A stretch of 62,860 nucleotides of DNA, counting the filler, from Nitrospinae bacterium RIFCSPLOWO2_12_FULL_45_22 (GTDB taxonomy: Bacteria > 2-12-FULL-45-22): the NCBI GenBank assembly GCA_001803565.1. It is 3 parts of 3 records of this genome, joined end to end, with 100 filler letters (N's around TTAATTAATTAA, not from the genome) between each part and the next. Parts side by side here need not be neighbours in the genome. Positions count along the whole stretch, not along the records: positions 29,575 to 48,380 come from MHDQ01000266.1; 2 more parts are not named here. One strand, given 5' to 3'. Shown here in pieces: positions 34,847 through 44,484 of the stretch; within the stretch, counting starts at the first letter, position 1, and every line of letters begins with the position of its first letter. The position numbers and the translations under genes were made by a program. Under the pieces are notes generated by a model that did no database searches, was not told where the DNA came from, and was given only the letters and a program-made list of their open reading frames with translations.

Positions 34847-36214
34847 ATGGAAAACAAGAAAATCCTGGTGGCGGATGATGATCGGACTAATGGTCGGTTG
34901 TTGGCAGAAGTCTTAGCGGGTGAAGGGTTTCAAACGGCTACTGCCTGGGATGGTGAACAGGCCCTGGGCATGCTGGAGAAAGAATTGTTTGATATTGTCT
35001 TAACAGACCTCAAAATGCCTAAGGTAAATGGTATTGAGGTACTGGAATATTTAACCCGCACTAATCCCACTGCTATTGGTATTGTTATTACTGGATACGG
35101 TACTATAAAATCTGCTATTGAAGCCATGCGTGCTGGGGCTTATGACTATATTACTAAACCAATACATCTCGACGAAGTAAAGCTAACTATAAAAAGGGCA
35201 CTGGAACATCACTCCCTCATAAAAGAGAACATTACCTTGAAACAGCAGCTTAAGGGTAAGTATAAATTTGAAAATATCATCGGTGATAGTGAGGCCATGC
35301 AGGAGGTCTTTAGCCTGGTTGAGAAAGTGGCGGATAGTGACATTACCGTACTGATCTATGGCGAGAGTGGCACCGGCAAAGAATTGATAGCCCGGGCTAT
35401 CCATTATAATGGTCCCAGGTCAGATGGCCCCTGGATACCAGTGAATTGTGGCGCTATCCCCGAAGGGCTATTAGAGAGCGAGCTCTTTGGCTATGAGAAA
35501 GGGGCCTTTACCGGAGCAACCAAGACCCGCTTGGGACGCTTTGAATTGGCCCATCGAGGTACTATCTTCCTGGATGAGGTATCAGATATGAGTCCCGCTT
35601 TACAAGTTAAACTCCTGAGGGTTCTCCAGGACCAAAGTTTTGATCGAGTAGGCGGGGTGAAGACCATCAAAGTAGATGTGCGTATTGTTGCTGCTACCAA
35701 CCGAGAGCTAGAAGAAGAGGTAGCCAAGGGTAGATTTCGGGAGGATCTATTCTATCGTCTCAATGTTATACCTGTGTTTCTACCACTCCTGCGGGAGCGT
35801 AAAAGTGATATACCTTTATTGATCCGGCATTTTTTGAGCCGACAAAACTCTAACAAGGAACGAAATATAATTGGCATCACCCCTGAGGCTATGGAGCTCT
35901 TAATGAATTATTCCTGGCCAGGTAATATCAGGGAGCTAGAAAACCTGATAAATAGACTGTTAGTATTATATAGTGGCCATATGGTAACGGCAAAAGATTT
36001 GCCAGAGAAATTTGTGAATGGCAAGGACACCTGTCCCACAATAACACATGCCTTTTCCCCTAATGGTATTTGTTTAAAGAGCGCAGTAAATGAATTCGAA
36101 AAACAGCTTATATTAAAGGCCCTGGAAAAGACAAAAGGGGTAAAAAAACGCGCTGCTAACCTCTTAGGCCTGAACCGAACTACGCTGGTTCAGAAGATAA
36201 AAAAACTAGGTTAG
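34847..36214 (+). CDS. Sigma54-dependent response regulator, probable flagellar activator (FleQ/FlrA/FlgR-like)
   Basis: REC domain, GESGTGKE, GAFTGA, C-terminal LGLNRTTLVQKIKK. Directly upstream of the sigma54 promoter of flgB. Confidence 0.92.
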   Translation: MENKKILVADDDRTNGRLLAEVLAGEGFQTATAWDGEQALGMLEKELFDIVLTDLKMPKVNGIEVLEYLTRTNPTAIGIVITGYGTIKSAIEAMRAGAYDYITKPIHLDEVKLTIKRALEHHSLIKENITLKQQLKGKYKFENIIGDSEAMQEVFSLVEKVADSDITVLIYGESGTGKELIARAIHYNGPRSDGPWIPVNCGAIPEGLLESELFGYEKGAFTGATKTRLGRFELAHRGTIFLDEVSDMSPALQVKLLRVLQDQSFDRVGGVKTIKVDVRIVAATNRELEEEVAKGRFREDLFYRLNVIPVFLPLLRERKSDIPLLIRHFLSRQNSNKERNIIGITPEAMELLMNYSWPGNIRELENLINRLLVLYSGHMVTAKDLPEKFVNGKDTCPTITHAFSPNGICLKSAVNEFEKQLILKALEKTKGVKKRAANLLGLNRTTLVQKIKKLG

Positions 36215-36356
36215 GGGCAGGGAAAAAAGCGGAAAAAATTGCCTACTTGAGAAGGATTAATATTTCTACTTTTGTCACTTTAATTACTTTTTCCTCCTTA
36301 TAGAAGTTTCCTCCCATCCCTTTCAGTTAGTTAATCTCACATGAAAATTGCTGCCA

Positions 36357-36372
36357 TGGCACATTCTTTGCT
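36357..36372 (+). promoter_or_regulatory. Sigma54 (-24/-12) promoter of the flgB operon
   Basis: TGGCAC-ATTCT-TTGCT matches TGGCAC-N5-TTGCW exactly. Confidence 0.9.
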
Positions 36373-36427
36373 CCCCCTATCGTATAAAAAATTTTAACCG
36401 CAAAGGACACAGAGGGAGGCGGGTGGT

Positions 36428-36838
36428 ATGGCTTCTCCTATATTGTTTGATTCAACCATCAAAATTTTAGAAATAGCCATAGATTTACGGGCTAAACGAC
36501 ACCAGCAGATCGGTACCAATATAGCTAACCTGGATACGCCAGGCTATAAACCTCAACCCCTGGGCTTTGAAGAGCAATTAAAGAGAATACCAGAATTATT
36601 GGAGACGGCTTCTTTAGGGGTAACTCAGAAAAGACATTTCCCAATCAATGAAGCTAATATCTCTTATACCACTGCCCAGGTGGCTTCTACTTCTACCTGG
36701 GAAGATGGTTCCGATTCTGTTAGCCTGGAGGAAGAAATGACCAAACTGGCAGAGAACAACCTCATGTATAATGCCCTGGCCAAAATCCTAAGAGGGAAGT
36801 TTGACAAGTTAAGGCTCGCTATTAGAGAAGGGAGGTAA
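36428..36838 (+). CDS. flgB: Flagellar basal-body rod protein FlgB
   Basis: NIANLDTPGYK, VSLEEEMTKLAENNLMY. Confidence 0.95.
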   Translation: MASPILFDSTIKILEIAIDLRAKRHQQIGTNIANLDTPGYKPQPLGFEEQLKRIPELLETASLGVTQKRHFPINEANISYTTAQVASTSTWEDGSDSVSLEEEMTKLAENNLMYNALAKILRGKFDKLRLAIREGR

Positions 36839-36843
36839 TCAAT

Positions 36844-37263
36844 TTGGATTTTTTAACCGCTATGGACATAAGTGCATCAGGGCTTACGGCCCAGCGCTTA
36901 CGAATGGCAGTAATTGCCAATAATATGGCTAATATCCACTCCAGCCGTACTACTCAGGGTGGTCCCTATCAAAGAAAACAGGTTATTTTTGCTGCGTTAC
37001 CCATAACAGAAGCTACTGCAGCCAGCTTTGATCAAGCCCTCCAAGAGGTAAGGGTGGTTGGGGTAGTAGAGGATATGCGGGAACCTAAAAAGGTCTATGA
37101 CCCAGGGCATCCTGATGCAGACCCTCAGGGAATTGTCCTTATGCCCAATATAAATCTCATAGAAGAGATGGTTGATCTGTTATTAGCTAGCCGGGCTTAT
37201 GAAGCAAATGTCACTGTGATTAATGCTGCCAAAAGTATGGCCCAGAAAGCCCTAGAAATATAA
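36844..37263 (+). CDS. flgC: Flagellar basal-body rod protein FlgC
   Basis: SASGLTAQRLRM, YDPGHPDAD, EMVDL..ASRAYEAN; TTG start. Confidence 0.97.
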   Translation: MDFLTAMDISASGLTAQRLRMAVIANNMANIHSSRTTQGGPYQRKQVIFAALPITEATAASFDQALQEVRVVGVVEDMREPKKVYDPGHPDADPQGIVLMPNINLIEEMVDLLLASRAYEANVTVINAAKSMAQKALEI

Positions 37264-37277
37264 CAACGGGAGGAACG

Positions 37278-37589
37278 ATGAGAGATTTAGAAATCCAGGG
37301 CCTTATTAAAGCCCCTATAAATCTACCTGGTTCAACAAAAGATACTAAAGAAAAAGGGGATGCAAAAGGGCCCTCATTTGGTGAGATATTAAAAAATTCT
37401 ATCGAAGAGGTTAACCGACTACAGAAAGAGGCAGATACGGCTATCCAGGAACTGGCTACTGGTAAGGGCAAAGGTATCCATGAGACTATGATTGCCCTGG
37501 AAAAGGCTGATACATCCTTCCAAATGATGATGCAGATAAGAAATAAGATAATAGAGGCCTACCAGGATATAATAAGAATGCAAATCTAA
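37278..37589 (+). CDS. fliE: Flagellar hook-basal body protein FliE
   Basis: SFGEILKNSI..VN, IHETMIALEKA, RNKIIEAYQDIIRMQI. Confidence 0.96.
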   Translation: MRDLEIQGLIKAPINLPGSTKDTKEKGDAKGPSFGEILKNSIEEVNRLQKEADTAIQELATGKGKGIHETMIALEKADTSFQMMMQIRNKIIEAYQDIIRMQI

Positions 37590-37607
37590 TTTGGGTGATA
37601 AGTAAGA

Positions 37608-39254
37608 ATGAATCTTATAGCGCCATTCCTTAATCTTGAAGAGGGAATCTTAACGGGCGGTTCAAGAGGAGAGGGAGCGGATTTAAAATCTGTCCCTTCT
37701 TCTCTCACAGATAATTTCTCCAGTATCATAGCCGGGCTGTTGCCATCAATCCCTGGTATAGCTGCGGCCCCAGATATGGTTGCTGCTGTACCGGACATCA
37801 AATACCATTTGGTACCGGTTTATCAGGCTGAAGAAGGAGTAACTAAAGCTCCTGAGCGAGATACAGAAGGTACGGTTGAGGAAAACCATAGCGGGAAAAG
37901 ATATCCTATAGACGCAGGAAAATTTATCTTCCCTTATACTATAGGTAGGGCTGACTTTAGTTGTCCCGTAGGGCAAACTAAAGATTCTCCTACGCAAGGG
38001 GAGGAAATAGGACCGGGAAACTCCGTTGCCCGGCTTGGGGCAAGCCCCATTGATTTAGCAGAAGATATGGGAATGAAGGCAGAGAAAAACTGGAATATTA
38101 GCAGATTTACTGGGGAAGGCTTAGAAGATTTATCACCCCACCCAGCAATAGAACAAAGCATATCTTTACCGCACCAGGAAAAACCCGTTATTGATTTGCC
38201 AAAAAGCTTACTAGCGAGCTTAGAGATAGACCTTTGTACCGCCGATTTTAATGAAGCAATCTCGCCCGTGGCCGGAAATCCATTACCAGGACAGGGGATA
38301 AGCCCAGGTCTTACTGAATACCCTGAAGAAAGCCTATCAGGGGTAATAGGACGCAGATTTACGCAGATAAACACAGATAGCCTTACTGAATCTCTTGAAG
38401 AAGACCTATCAACCGACCTTCCAAAAACCCTGACCCACCAGACAAAGGGAGAGCAGATAAAAGAAGGGCTATCCTCAGCCGGATACGAAAAACCTGTTAT
38501 TGATCTATCGGAGAACCCAGCGTTTAAAAAGGGGATAAAACCTGGCGCTACCGGTCCCCCGGAAGAAAGCCCTCCAGACGCTCTTCCAAAAACCCTGACC
38601 CATCAGACAGAAAAAATATTGTCTTCAGGTAGATCGGATGATGGGGAGATTTATTATTTAAAAGACCTCTTGCCCGAGTATAAGTTGAAAACCAGAAAGG
38701 AAACTCCAGGGGAAGGACTATTGTCAGCCAATACCGCTAAACCGCTCCGGGAAACCCCTGAAGTATTAGTTAATAATCTTTTTACCAAAGACCATCCTAA
38801 CTCCATTGCCAATAGTTCGTATAACAACATACTGGAAGAAAAGGTCCTGGATCAGGTGGTGAAATATGCCCGGCTTAATCTTAAAGAGGGCATCTCAGAG
38901 GTAGAAATTCATCTCAAGCCAGAATTATTGGGCTCACTGAGGATAAAAGTTGCCGTGGAAGGGCAAGAGGTTAAAGCCAGCTTCTTTGCCGATACTCCTT
39001 TAGTCAAAGAAATAATCGAGACCCATCTCCCTAGCCTTAAGCAGGCCTTTCTTGCTCAGAATCTAGATATCCAGAAGTTTTCAGTGTCTGTAGGGTATCA
39101 TCCGGGCAGAGAAGATGTGGGCAACAATAACTTAAAAGACCTCCTTAAGGATAAAGAGGGTTATAAGAACAAAGAAATCAAGAAATCCCCGGAGCTTCAC
39201 GAGGTTAGGAAGCCGGAGTACCATAGCTTAAACCTAATAGATTGTTTCGTATAA
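37608..39254 (+). CDS. fliK: Hook-length control protein FliK
   Basis: C-terminal IHLKPELLGSLRIKV...VKEIIETHLPSLKQAFLAQNL; low-complexity N-terminus; precedes flgD. Confidence 0.85.
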   Translation: MNLIAPFLNLEEGILTGGSRGEGADLKSVPSSLTDNFSSIIAGLLPSIPGIAAAPDMVAAVPDIKYHLVPVYQAEEGVTKAPERDTEGTVEENHSGKRYPIDAGKFIFPYTIGRADFSCPVGQTKDSPTQGEEIGPGNSVARLGASPIDLAEDMGMKAEKNWNISRFTGEGLEDLSPHPAIEQSISLPHQEKPVIDLPKSLLASLEIDLCTADFNEAISPVAGNPLPGQGISPGLTEYPEESLSGVIGRRFTQINTDSLTESLEEDLSTDLPKTLTHQTKGEQIKEGLSSAGYEKPVIDLSENPAFKKGIKPGATGPPEESPPDALPKTLTHQTEKILSSGRSDDGEIYYLKDLLPEYKLKTRKETPGEGLLSANTAKPLRETPEVLVNNLFTKDHPNSIANSSYNNILEEKVLDQVVKYARLNLKEGISEVEIHLKPELLGSLRIKVAVEGQEVKASFFADTPLVKEIIETHLPSLKQAFLAQNLDIQKFSVSVGYHPGREDVGNNNLKDLLKDKEGYKNKEIKKSPELHEVRKPEYHSLNLIDCFV

Positions 39255-39268
39255 AAAGGAGGAGCACA

Positions 39269-39934
39269 ATGGCCTCAGTAGATGCTGTGTATAGAACTGA
39301 AAATTCTGATCCGGGCACTGTCAACAAAAATAAAGGTATGCTGGGCAAAGAGGATTTCTTACGCCTTTTGTTAGCTCAGCTCCAATACCAGGATCCATTA
39401 GAACCCTTAAAGAATGAGGAATTTGTTGCCCAGTTAGCTCAATTCAGCAGTCTGGAGCAACTCTTTGGCCTTAATAATAACCTCTCGCAGCTTCAGAGGT
39501 ATGCCGCATCTCTGAATAATTCCCAGGCCGTGGGCTTTATCGGGAAAGAGGTTAAGGCCCTGGGCGATTCCCTCTATATAAACGCTGATGGTACCAGTAG
39601 TGGTGTCATGGATTATAAGCTGGCAGAAGATGCTAGAGCCACTACTATTGCTGTCTACAATTCCAGGGGGGAATTAGTAAAGACTATAGAACGTGGCTCC
39701 CAAAAGGCCGGGGAATATGAATATACCTGGGAGGGAAAGGATGATAAAGGCAAAACCGTGCCCGAGGGAGAATATACCTATAAGGTGACGGCTACCAATA
39801 GCCAGGATGAAAAGATAAAAACTACTACCTATGTGACAGGAGCTGTTACCGGACTGGCTTTTGAGGATGGGATTAGTTATTTGTTATTAGGAAAACGAAA
39901 AATAGCCCTGGGTAACGTGATCAAGGTTTCTTAG
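39269..39934 (+). CDS. flgD: Hook capping protein FlgD
   Basis: LGKEDFLRLLLAQLQYQDPLEP, AQLAQFSSLEQL. Confidence 0.97.
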   Translation: MASVDAVYRTENSDPGTVNKNKGMLGKEDFLRLLLAQLQYQDPLEPLKNEEFVAQLAQFSSLEQLFGLNNNLSQLQRYAASLNNSQAVGFIGKEVKALGDSLYINADGTSSGVMDYKLAEDARATTIAVYNSRGELVKTIERGSQKAGEYEYTWEGKDDKGKTVPEGEYTYKVTATNSQDEKIKTTTYVTGAVTGLAFEDGISYLLLGKRKIALGNVIKVS

Positions 39935-40024
39935 GGTAGCTGCAGGGTCGTTCCCTGCCCTGGTCTTAGTCGAGTAACATGATCAAGGTGTCTTACGATA
40001 GTAAGGAGAGGAGGTTGTTGAGCT

Positions 40025-41236
40025 ATGTTAGGATCATTATTTACTGGTATTACGGGGATGAATGCCAATAGTCGGGTTATGAGTGTTATTGGTGATAACA
40101 TTGCTAATGCCAATACAACAGGCTATAAGAGTGGCCGGGCATCTTTTGAGGATATCCTGGGCCAGAGTATTGGCGGTAGACGGGGCCAGATTGGTCGGGG
40201 TGTTACCCTCAGTAGTATCAATCGGGTCTTTAGTCAGGGCGCCTTATCTAGTACTGAACGGGTGACGGATATGGCTATTAATGGTAATGGTTTCTTTACG
40301 GTTAAGGAGGCCTCGGGGGTTTATTATACCCGGGCCGGAGAATTTACCCTGGATGAAAATGCCAAATTAGTCAATCCTAATGGCCTGGTCGTACAGGGGT
40401 GGATGGCCGATAGCAGCGGCAATCTCACTACTACCAACGCTACTACGGATATTAACCTGGCCAATACCAACTCCTCACCTAAGGCCACTACTGCCTTCAC
40501 TATTGGGGCAAACCTGGATGCCCAGGCCGCAAATGGTGATACTTACACTACCTCGATAACGGGTTATGACTCTAAAGGGAGTAAAGTAACCCTGACCCTG
40601 GATTTTACCTATGACAGTACCAATGATGAATGGGATTGGACCGCTTCGGCCTCTGATGGAGCTACGACAAACACCGGCAGCATTAGCTTTGATGCGAATG
40701 GTAACCTGAACTCTCCTGTCACTGACCCTACTATTTCTATAACTGGTCTCTCCTCTGGAGCTGCGGACCTATCCCTTACCTGGGATTTAGTAGATGCTAG
40801 CGGGACCAGTAATGGTGATATTACGGGCTACGCCTCGGCTTCTACGACTACTTCTCAGTACCAGGATGGTTATAGCGCCGGCTCCCTCCAGAATATAACG
40901 GTGGATGAGAATGGTGTAGTTACTGGGCTATTTTCTAACGGTCAGATCAAGGACTTGGCCCAGGTAGCCCTGGCCGATTTTAACAATCCGGCTGGCCTGA
41001 TCAGTATGGGTGGGAACCTATTTGCGGAGTCCCGTGCCTCCGGCTCCGCCATTATCGGCCCAGCCAGTACCGCGGGCCGGGGCAGTATTACATCAAATTC
41101 TCTGGAGCTGTCCAATACTGACCTGGCCAATGAGTTTGTTAATATGATTACTGCCCAGCGGGGGTTCCAGGCCAATGCCCGGGTTATTACCGCTAGCGAT
41201 GAGTTATTGACTGAATTAGTCAACTTGAAGCGATAA
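40025..41236 (+). CDS. flgE: Flagellar hook protein FlgE
   Basis: IGDNIANANTTGYK, YTRAGEF, LELSNTDLANEFVNMITAQRGFQAN. Confidence 0.97.
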   Translation: MLGSLFTGITGMNANSRVMSVIGDNIANANTTGYKSGRASFEDILGQSIGGRRGQIGRGVTLSSINRVFSQGALSSTERVTDMAINGNGFFTVKEASGVYYTRAGEFTLDENAKLVNPNGLVVQGWMADSSGNLTTTNATTDINLANTNSSPKATTAFTIGANLDAQAANGDTYTTSITGYDSKGSKVTLTLDFTYDSTNDEWDWTASASDGATTNTGSISFDANGNLNSPVTDPTISITGLSSGAADLSLTWDLVDASGTSNGDITGYASASTTTSQYQDGYSAGSLQNITVDENGVVTGLFSNGQIKDLAQVALADFNNPAGLISMGGNLFAESRASGSAIIGPASTAGRGSITSNSLELSNTDLANEFVNMITAQRGFQANARVITASDELLTELVNLKR

Positions 41237-41240
41237 AATT

Positions 41241-41280
41241 ACAACAATAAACAATAAACAATAACTAATAACCAATAACC
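41241..41280. repeat. Tandem heptamer array (ACAATAA-like)
   Basis: ACAACAATAAACAATAAACAATAACTAATAACCAATAACC. Confidence 0.75.
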
Positions 41281-41287
41281 AGATAGT

Positions 41288-42382
41288 ATGATAGTTTCGA
41301 CCGACCCTATAAGCGGAAAAACTGTAACGATTCCAGGTACCAATGAACCGCGTGCCCTTAGAGGTCTGCTCTCACAATTGGTGATAGGTGAAGTGTTGGA
41401 GGGCAGGACTATAGAGCACCTGGGGGATCAGAGGATTCTGGTAAGCCTTAAAGATAAATGCGTAGTGGCTGAGACGCAGAGGGCTTTACTGCCCGGAGAG
41501 ACCTTCATGGTACAGGTAAAGCAACTTAGCCCAAAGATAGTGCTAAGTCTCCTATCAGAGCCTATTCCCCTGGGCAATAAATTAGTATCTCAGATAAAGA
41601 CCTTACTCACTTACCAGATAGCCCTGGGACGACTCATCGAGGATTTGCAGAAAAATATTGTATTAAACCAGCAATTAGAGTGGGATGGGAAAGAAAAGCT
41701 CCAGACTATCCTTTCTTCCCTGGTCTTTAACCAAAGTCAAGGAGACTATCTCAAGGCTTTTATCTCTGCCTCAGGACTGCTCTATGAGAACAAGATAATG
41801 AGATATTTATCCGGTGCCAGTAAAGAGTTGCCGCTGGACGACTTAAAAGGCCTATTGCTGCGGCTAGTTAGTGAGTTGAATGTGGGGTCATCTAACAACT
41901 CATCGCTGGCAAATCTGGTCTCTTCCGGGGTAAAAAATATTGAGCTTCAGCAATATCTCAATCTACTGAGTAAAGAGACCGGGGATTTTTATCTTCTCCA
42001 AATCCCGGTTGCGTTCTCTCAAACTATAGAGACTGTTCACCTTTATCTCTATGACCAGCGCGACAAGTCAGGACGAAAGGAGAAAAAAGATTGTTTTACT
42101 CTGGTTTTCTTACTAAGCCTGGAAGGTTTGGGGGAGGTAAAGATAGTGACCTTTATAGCGGATAAGAATATCCTTTGTCGAGTCACGGTAGCTCAGGAAA
42201 AGCAAGCGGAATTTATCCAGCGCCTCTTACCCCAACTAAAAGATCGGTTAGAAAACTTTGGGTATCAGGTAGAGGCCCTGAGCTGCTCGGCTGCTAAAGA
42301 AACCCCTGATCAGCTGCCATTACCTGGCTTAGACCTGGATGCTATTTTAGAAAGAATTAATTCCCTAAACTTATGGATATAG
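41288..42382 (+). CDS. Flagellar-associated protein with a FliK-like C-terminal domain
   Basis: SGLLYENK, DLKGLLL, LQIP, FLLSLEGLGEV; precedes the FlhB-cytoplasmic-domain gene. Confidence 0.65.
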   Translation: MIVSTDPISGKTVTIPGTNEPRALRGLLSQLVIGEVLEGRTIEHLGDQRILVSLKDKCVVAETQRALLPGETFMVQVKQLSPKIVLSLLSEPIPLGNKLVSQIKTLLTYQIALGRLIEDLQKNIVLNQQLEWDGKEKLQTILSSLVFNQSQGDYLKAFISASGLLYENKIMRYLSGASKELPLDDLKGLLLRLVSELNVGSSNNSSLANLVSSGVKNIELQQYLNLLSKETGDFYLLQIPVAFSQTIETVHLYLYDQRDKSGRKEKKDCFTLVFLLSLEGLGEVKIVTFIADKNILCRVTVAQEKQAEFIQRLLPQLKDRLENFGYQVEALSCSAAKETPDQLPLPGLDLDAILERINSLNLWI

Positions 42383-42392
42383 CACTTGTAAT

Positions 42393-42449
42393 CGTTCACC
42401 GCCGAGAGCGCAGAAAACACTTTTCTCTGTGTGCTCCGCGGTGAATGGC
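42393..42449. repeat. TTCACCGC...GCGGTGAA palindromic element
   Basis: GTTCACCGCCGAGAGCGCAGAAAA ... TTTTCTCTGTGTGCTCCGCGGTGAAT. Related arms at 45388-45412 and 51709-51727. Confidence 0.75.
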
Positions 42450-42467
42450 TGTGGGAGTAATTATTCT

Positions 42468-42761
42468 ATGGGCAGGAAGAGCACCTTAAAAGAAGCAGTT
42501 GCTCTGAAATATTCTCCACCAAAAGACGCTGCCCCCAAGCTAATGGCTAAAGGCCGGGGTTTGGTAGCAGAAAAGATCATAGAATTAGCCAGGAAACACG
42601 GTATCCCTATACAGGAAGACCCGGACTTAATAAAGATTCTTGCTCAATTAGATCTGGAGGAAGAAATACCACCTTCAGTCTATCAGGTAGTGGCAGAAAT
42701 CTTAGCCTTTGTTTACTCTCTCAATGCCCAATGGCAAGAGAGGAATATTAGGGGAGGTTGA
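42468..42761 (+). CDS. Stand-alone FlhB cytoplasmic-domain protein (FlhX/YlqH-like)
   Basis: AVALKY....APKLMAKGRGLVAEKII, EIPPSVYQVVAEILAFVY. Confidence 0.92.
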   Translation: MGRKSTLKEAVALKYSPPKDAAPKLMAKGRGLVAEKIIELARKHGIPIQEDPDLIKILAQLDLEEEIPPSVYQVVAEILAFVYSLNAQWQERNIRGG

Positions 42762-42765
42762 CAAA

Positions 42766-43509
42766 ATGGAGGGTATTTATCCCGCTATCTCTGGTAGTCT
42801 ACTCCAGGAAAAGCGATTAGAAGTTCTGGCTAATAACCTGGCTAATATCAATACCATAGGTTTTAAAGAAGACCGGTCGGTATTCGAAACCTATATCATG
42901 GGTAATGTCTCGTCCTACCAGCCTTTAGCGCCTACCAGGATTATTCCAGAGGAGGCTTACGCAGTATTTACTGGGATTAATACCGTTTTTTCCCAGGGAG
43001 AATTACGCTATACCCGCAATCCTTTGGACCTGGCTATTGATGGGAACGGGTTCTTCGTTACAGAAACGCCCCAGGGAAAGGCATATACCCGCAAAGGGAA
43101 CTTTACTATTAACAAGGAAGGTCTATTAGTTACGCAGGAGGGCTTATCGGTACTGGGTAGGGGAGGAACTATTACTATTCGGGGCAGCCAGGTAATTATT
43201 GATAATGAGGGAAACATCTTAGTGGATGATAAACGAGTGGATACTATATCTGTAGTGGATTTCCCTAAGCCTTATCCCTTACAGAAAATCGGCGATTCAC
43301 TCTTTGTCCTTAATAATACGGAAATAGAAGAGATTACCCCTACGGGTATTACCATCCAGCAAGGCTACCTGGAGCTGTCCAATGTCCAGGCCACCAAGGC
43401 TATGGTAGAGATGATTGATATTTTACGAGCCTATGAGGCATATCAAAAGATTATCCAGTCATTTAATGATGAGGCATTAAAGACTATTAATGAAGTAGGT
43501 AAACCATAA
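42766..43509 (+). CDS. flgF: Flagellar rod protein FlgF
   Basis: [35 protein letters not shown]; upstream of flgG. Confidence 0.93.
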   Translation: MEGIYPAISGSLLQEKRLEVLANNLANINTIGFKEDRSVFETYIMGNVSSYQPLAPTRIIPEEAYAVFTGINTVFSQGELRYTRNPLDLAIDGNGFFVTETPQGKAYTRKGNFTINKEGLLVTQEGLSVLGRGGTITIRGSQVIIDNEGNILVDDKRVDTISVVDFPKPYPLQKIGDSLFVLNNTEIEEITPTGITIQQGYLELSNVQATKAMVEMIDILRAYEAYQKIIQSFNDEALKTINEVGKP

Positions 43510-43521
43510 GGAGGTGAGGTT

Positions 43522-44310
43522 ATGATTCGGGGACTATGGACTTCGGCCTCGGGTATGGAGGCACAGCAACTCAATATTGGTATTATTGCCAATAACCTGG
43601 CCAATGTTAATACCATAGGCTTTAAGAAGAGTCAGGCGGATTTTCAGGATCTACTCTATCAGACCCTTCGTACCCCAGGGGCTACCTCTGCCCAGGGCAA
43701 TGAAATCCCTACTGGTATGCAATTGGGTCAAGGGGTCAGACCCGTAGCCATCCAGAAGATATTCTCGCAAGGCGATTATCAACAGACTAAGAATGAGTTA
43801 GACGTGGCTATAGAAGGAGATGGGTTCTTTCAAATATTACAGCCCAATGGTGAGATAGCCTATACCCGCGCCGGCTCCTTCAAGCTGGATAGCCAGGCCC
43901 GGCTTGTTACCTCTGATGGCTACCCCCTGGACCCAGAGATCGCTATCCCACCAGATGCTACAGAGATCACAATTGGTATAGATGGGACAATATCCATCAT
44001 CCAGGCAGGGCAAAGCCAGGCCAGTGAGATAGGTGCTATTCAGTTAGCCAGGTTCCCTAACCCGGCTGGCTTGAATGCCATCGGACGTAATCTCTTTCTA
44101 CCTACGACGGCGTCTGGTACGGCGGAAACCGGCATAGCCGGTGAGAGCGGTGTCGGTACTATTGCCCAGGGTTATTTAGAATTGTCTAATGTCAGTGTCG
44201 TAGAAGAGATGGTAAATATGATCGTTGCCCAGAGGGCCTATGAAGTCAATACTAAAGCTATCCAGACCGCAGATGATATGCTCCAGTATGCCAACAATAT
44301 TAAGCGGTAA
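43522..44310 (+). CDS. flgG: Flagellar distal rod protein FlgG
   Basis: [33 protein letters not shown]. Confidence 0.98.
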   Translation: MIRGLWTSASGMEAQQLNIGIIANNLANVNTIGFKKSQADFQDLLYQTLRTPGATSAQGNEIPTGMQLGQGVRPVAIQKIFSQGDYQQTKNELDVAIEGDGFFQILQPNGEIAYTRAGSFKLDSQARLVTSDGYPLDPEIAIPPDATEITIGIDGTISIIQAGQSQASEIGAIQLARFPNPAGLNAIGRNLFLPTTASGTAETGIAGESGVGTIAQGYLELSNVSVVEEMVNMIVAQRAYEVNTKAIQTADDMLQYANNIKR

Positions 44311-44318
44311 GATTAAGA

Positions 44319-44462
44319 TAAGTATTCAGCCATCAGCAAGACTTACCGTAAGGTGTCAGGGGTAAGGCGTAAGGAGAAATTTTTCTCACCCCTTACCCTC
44401 TCACTCCTTACGCCTCACGATCATTTTAACTGAAAGCTGAAGGCTGATAGCTGAAGGCTTAC
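44319..44462. repeat. Nested heptamer elements: GCTGAnn shell containing a nGTAAGG/CCTTACn inverted array
   Basis: Inner CGTAAGG-TGTCAGG-GGTAAGG-CGTAAGG (44347-44374) / ...CCTTACG-CCTCACG (to 44419). Confidence 0.85.
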
Positions 44463-44484
44463 AAATAAAGGAGGCAGGAATAAA

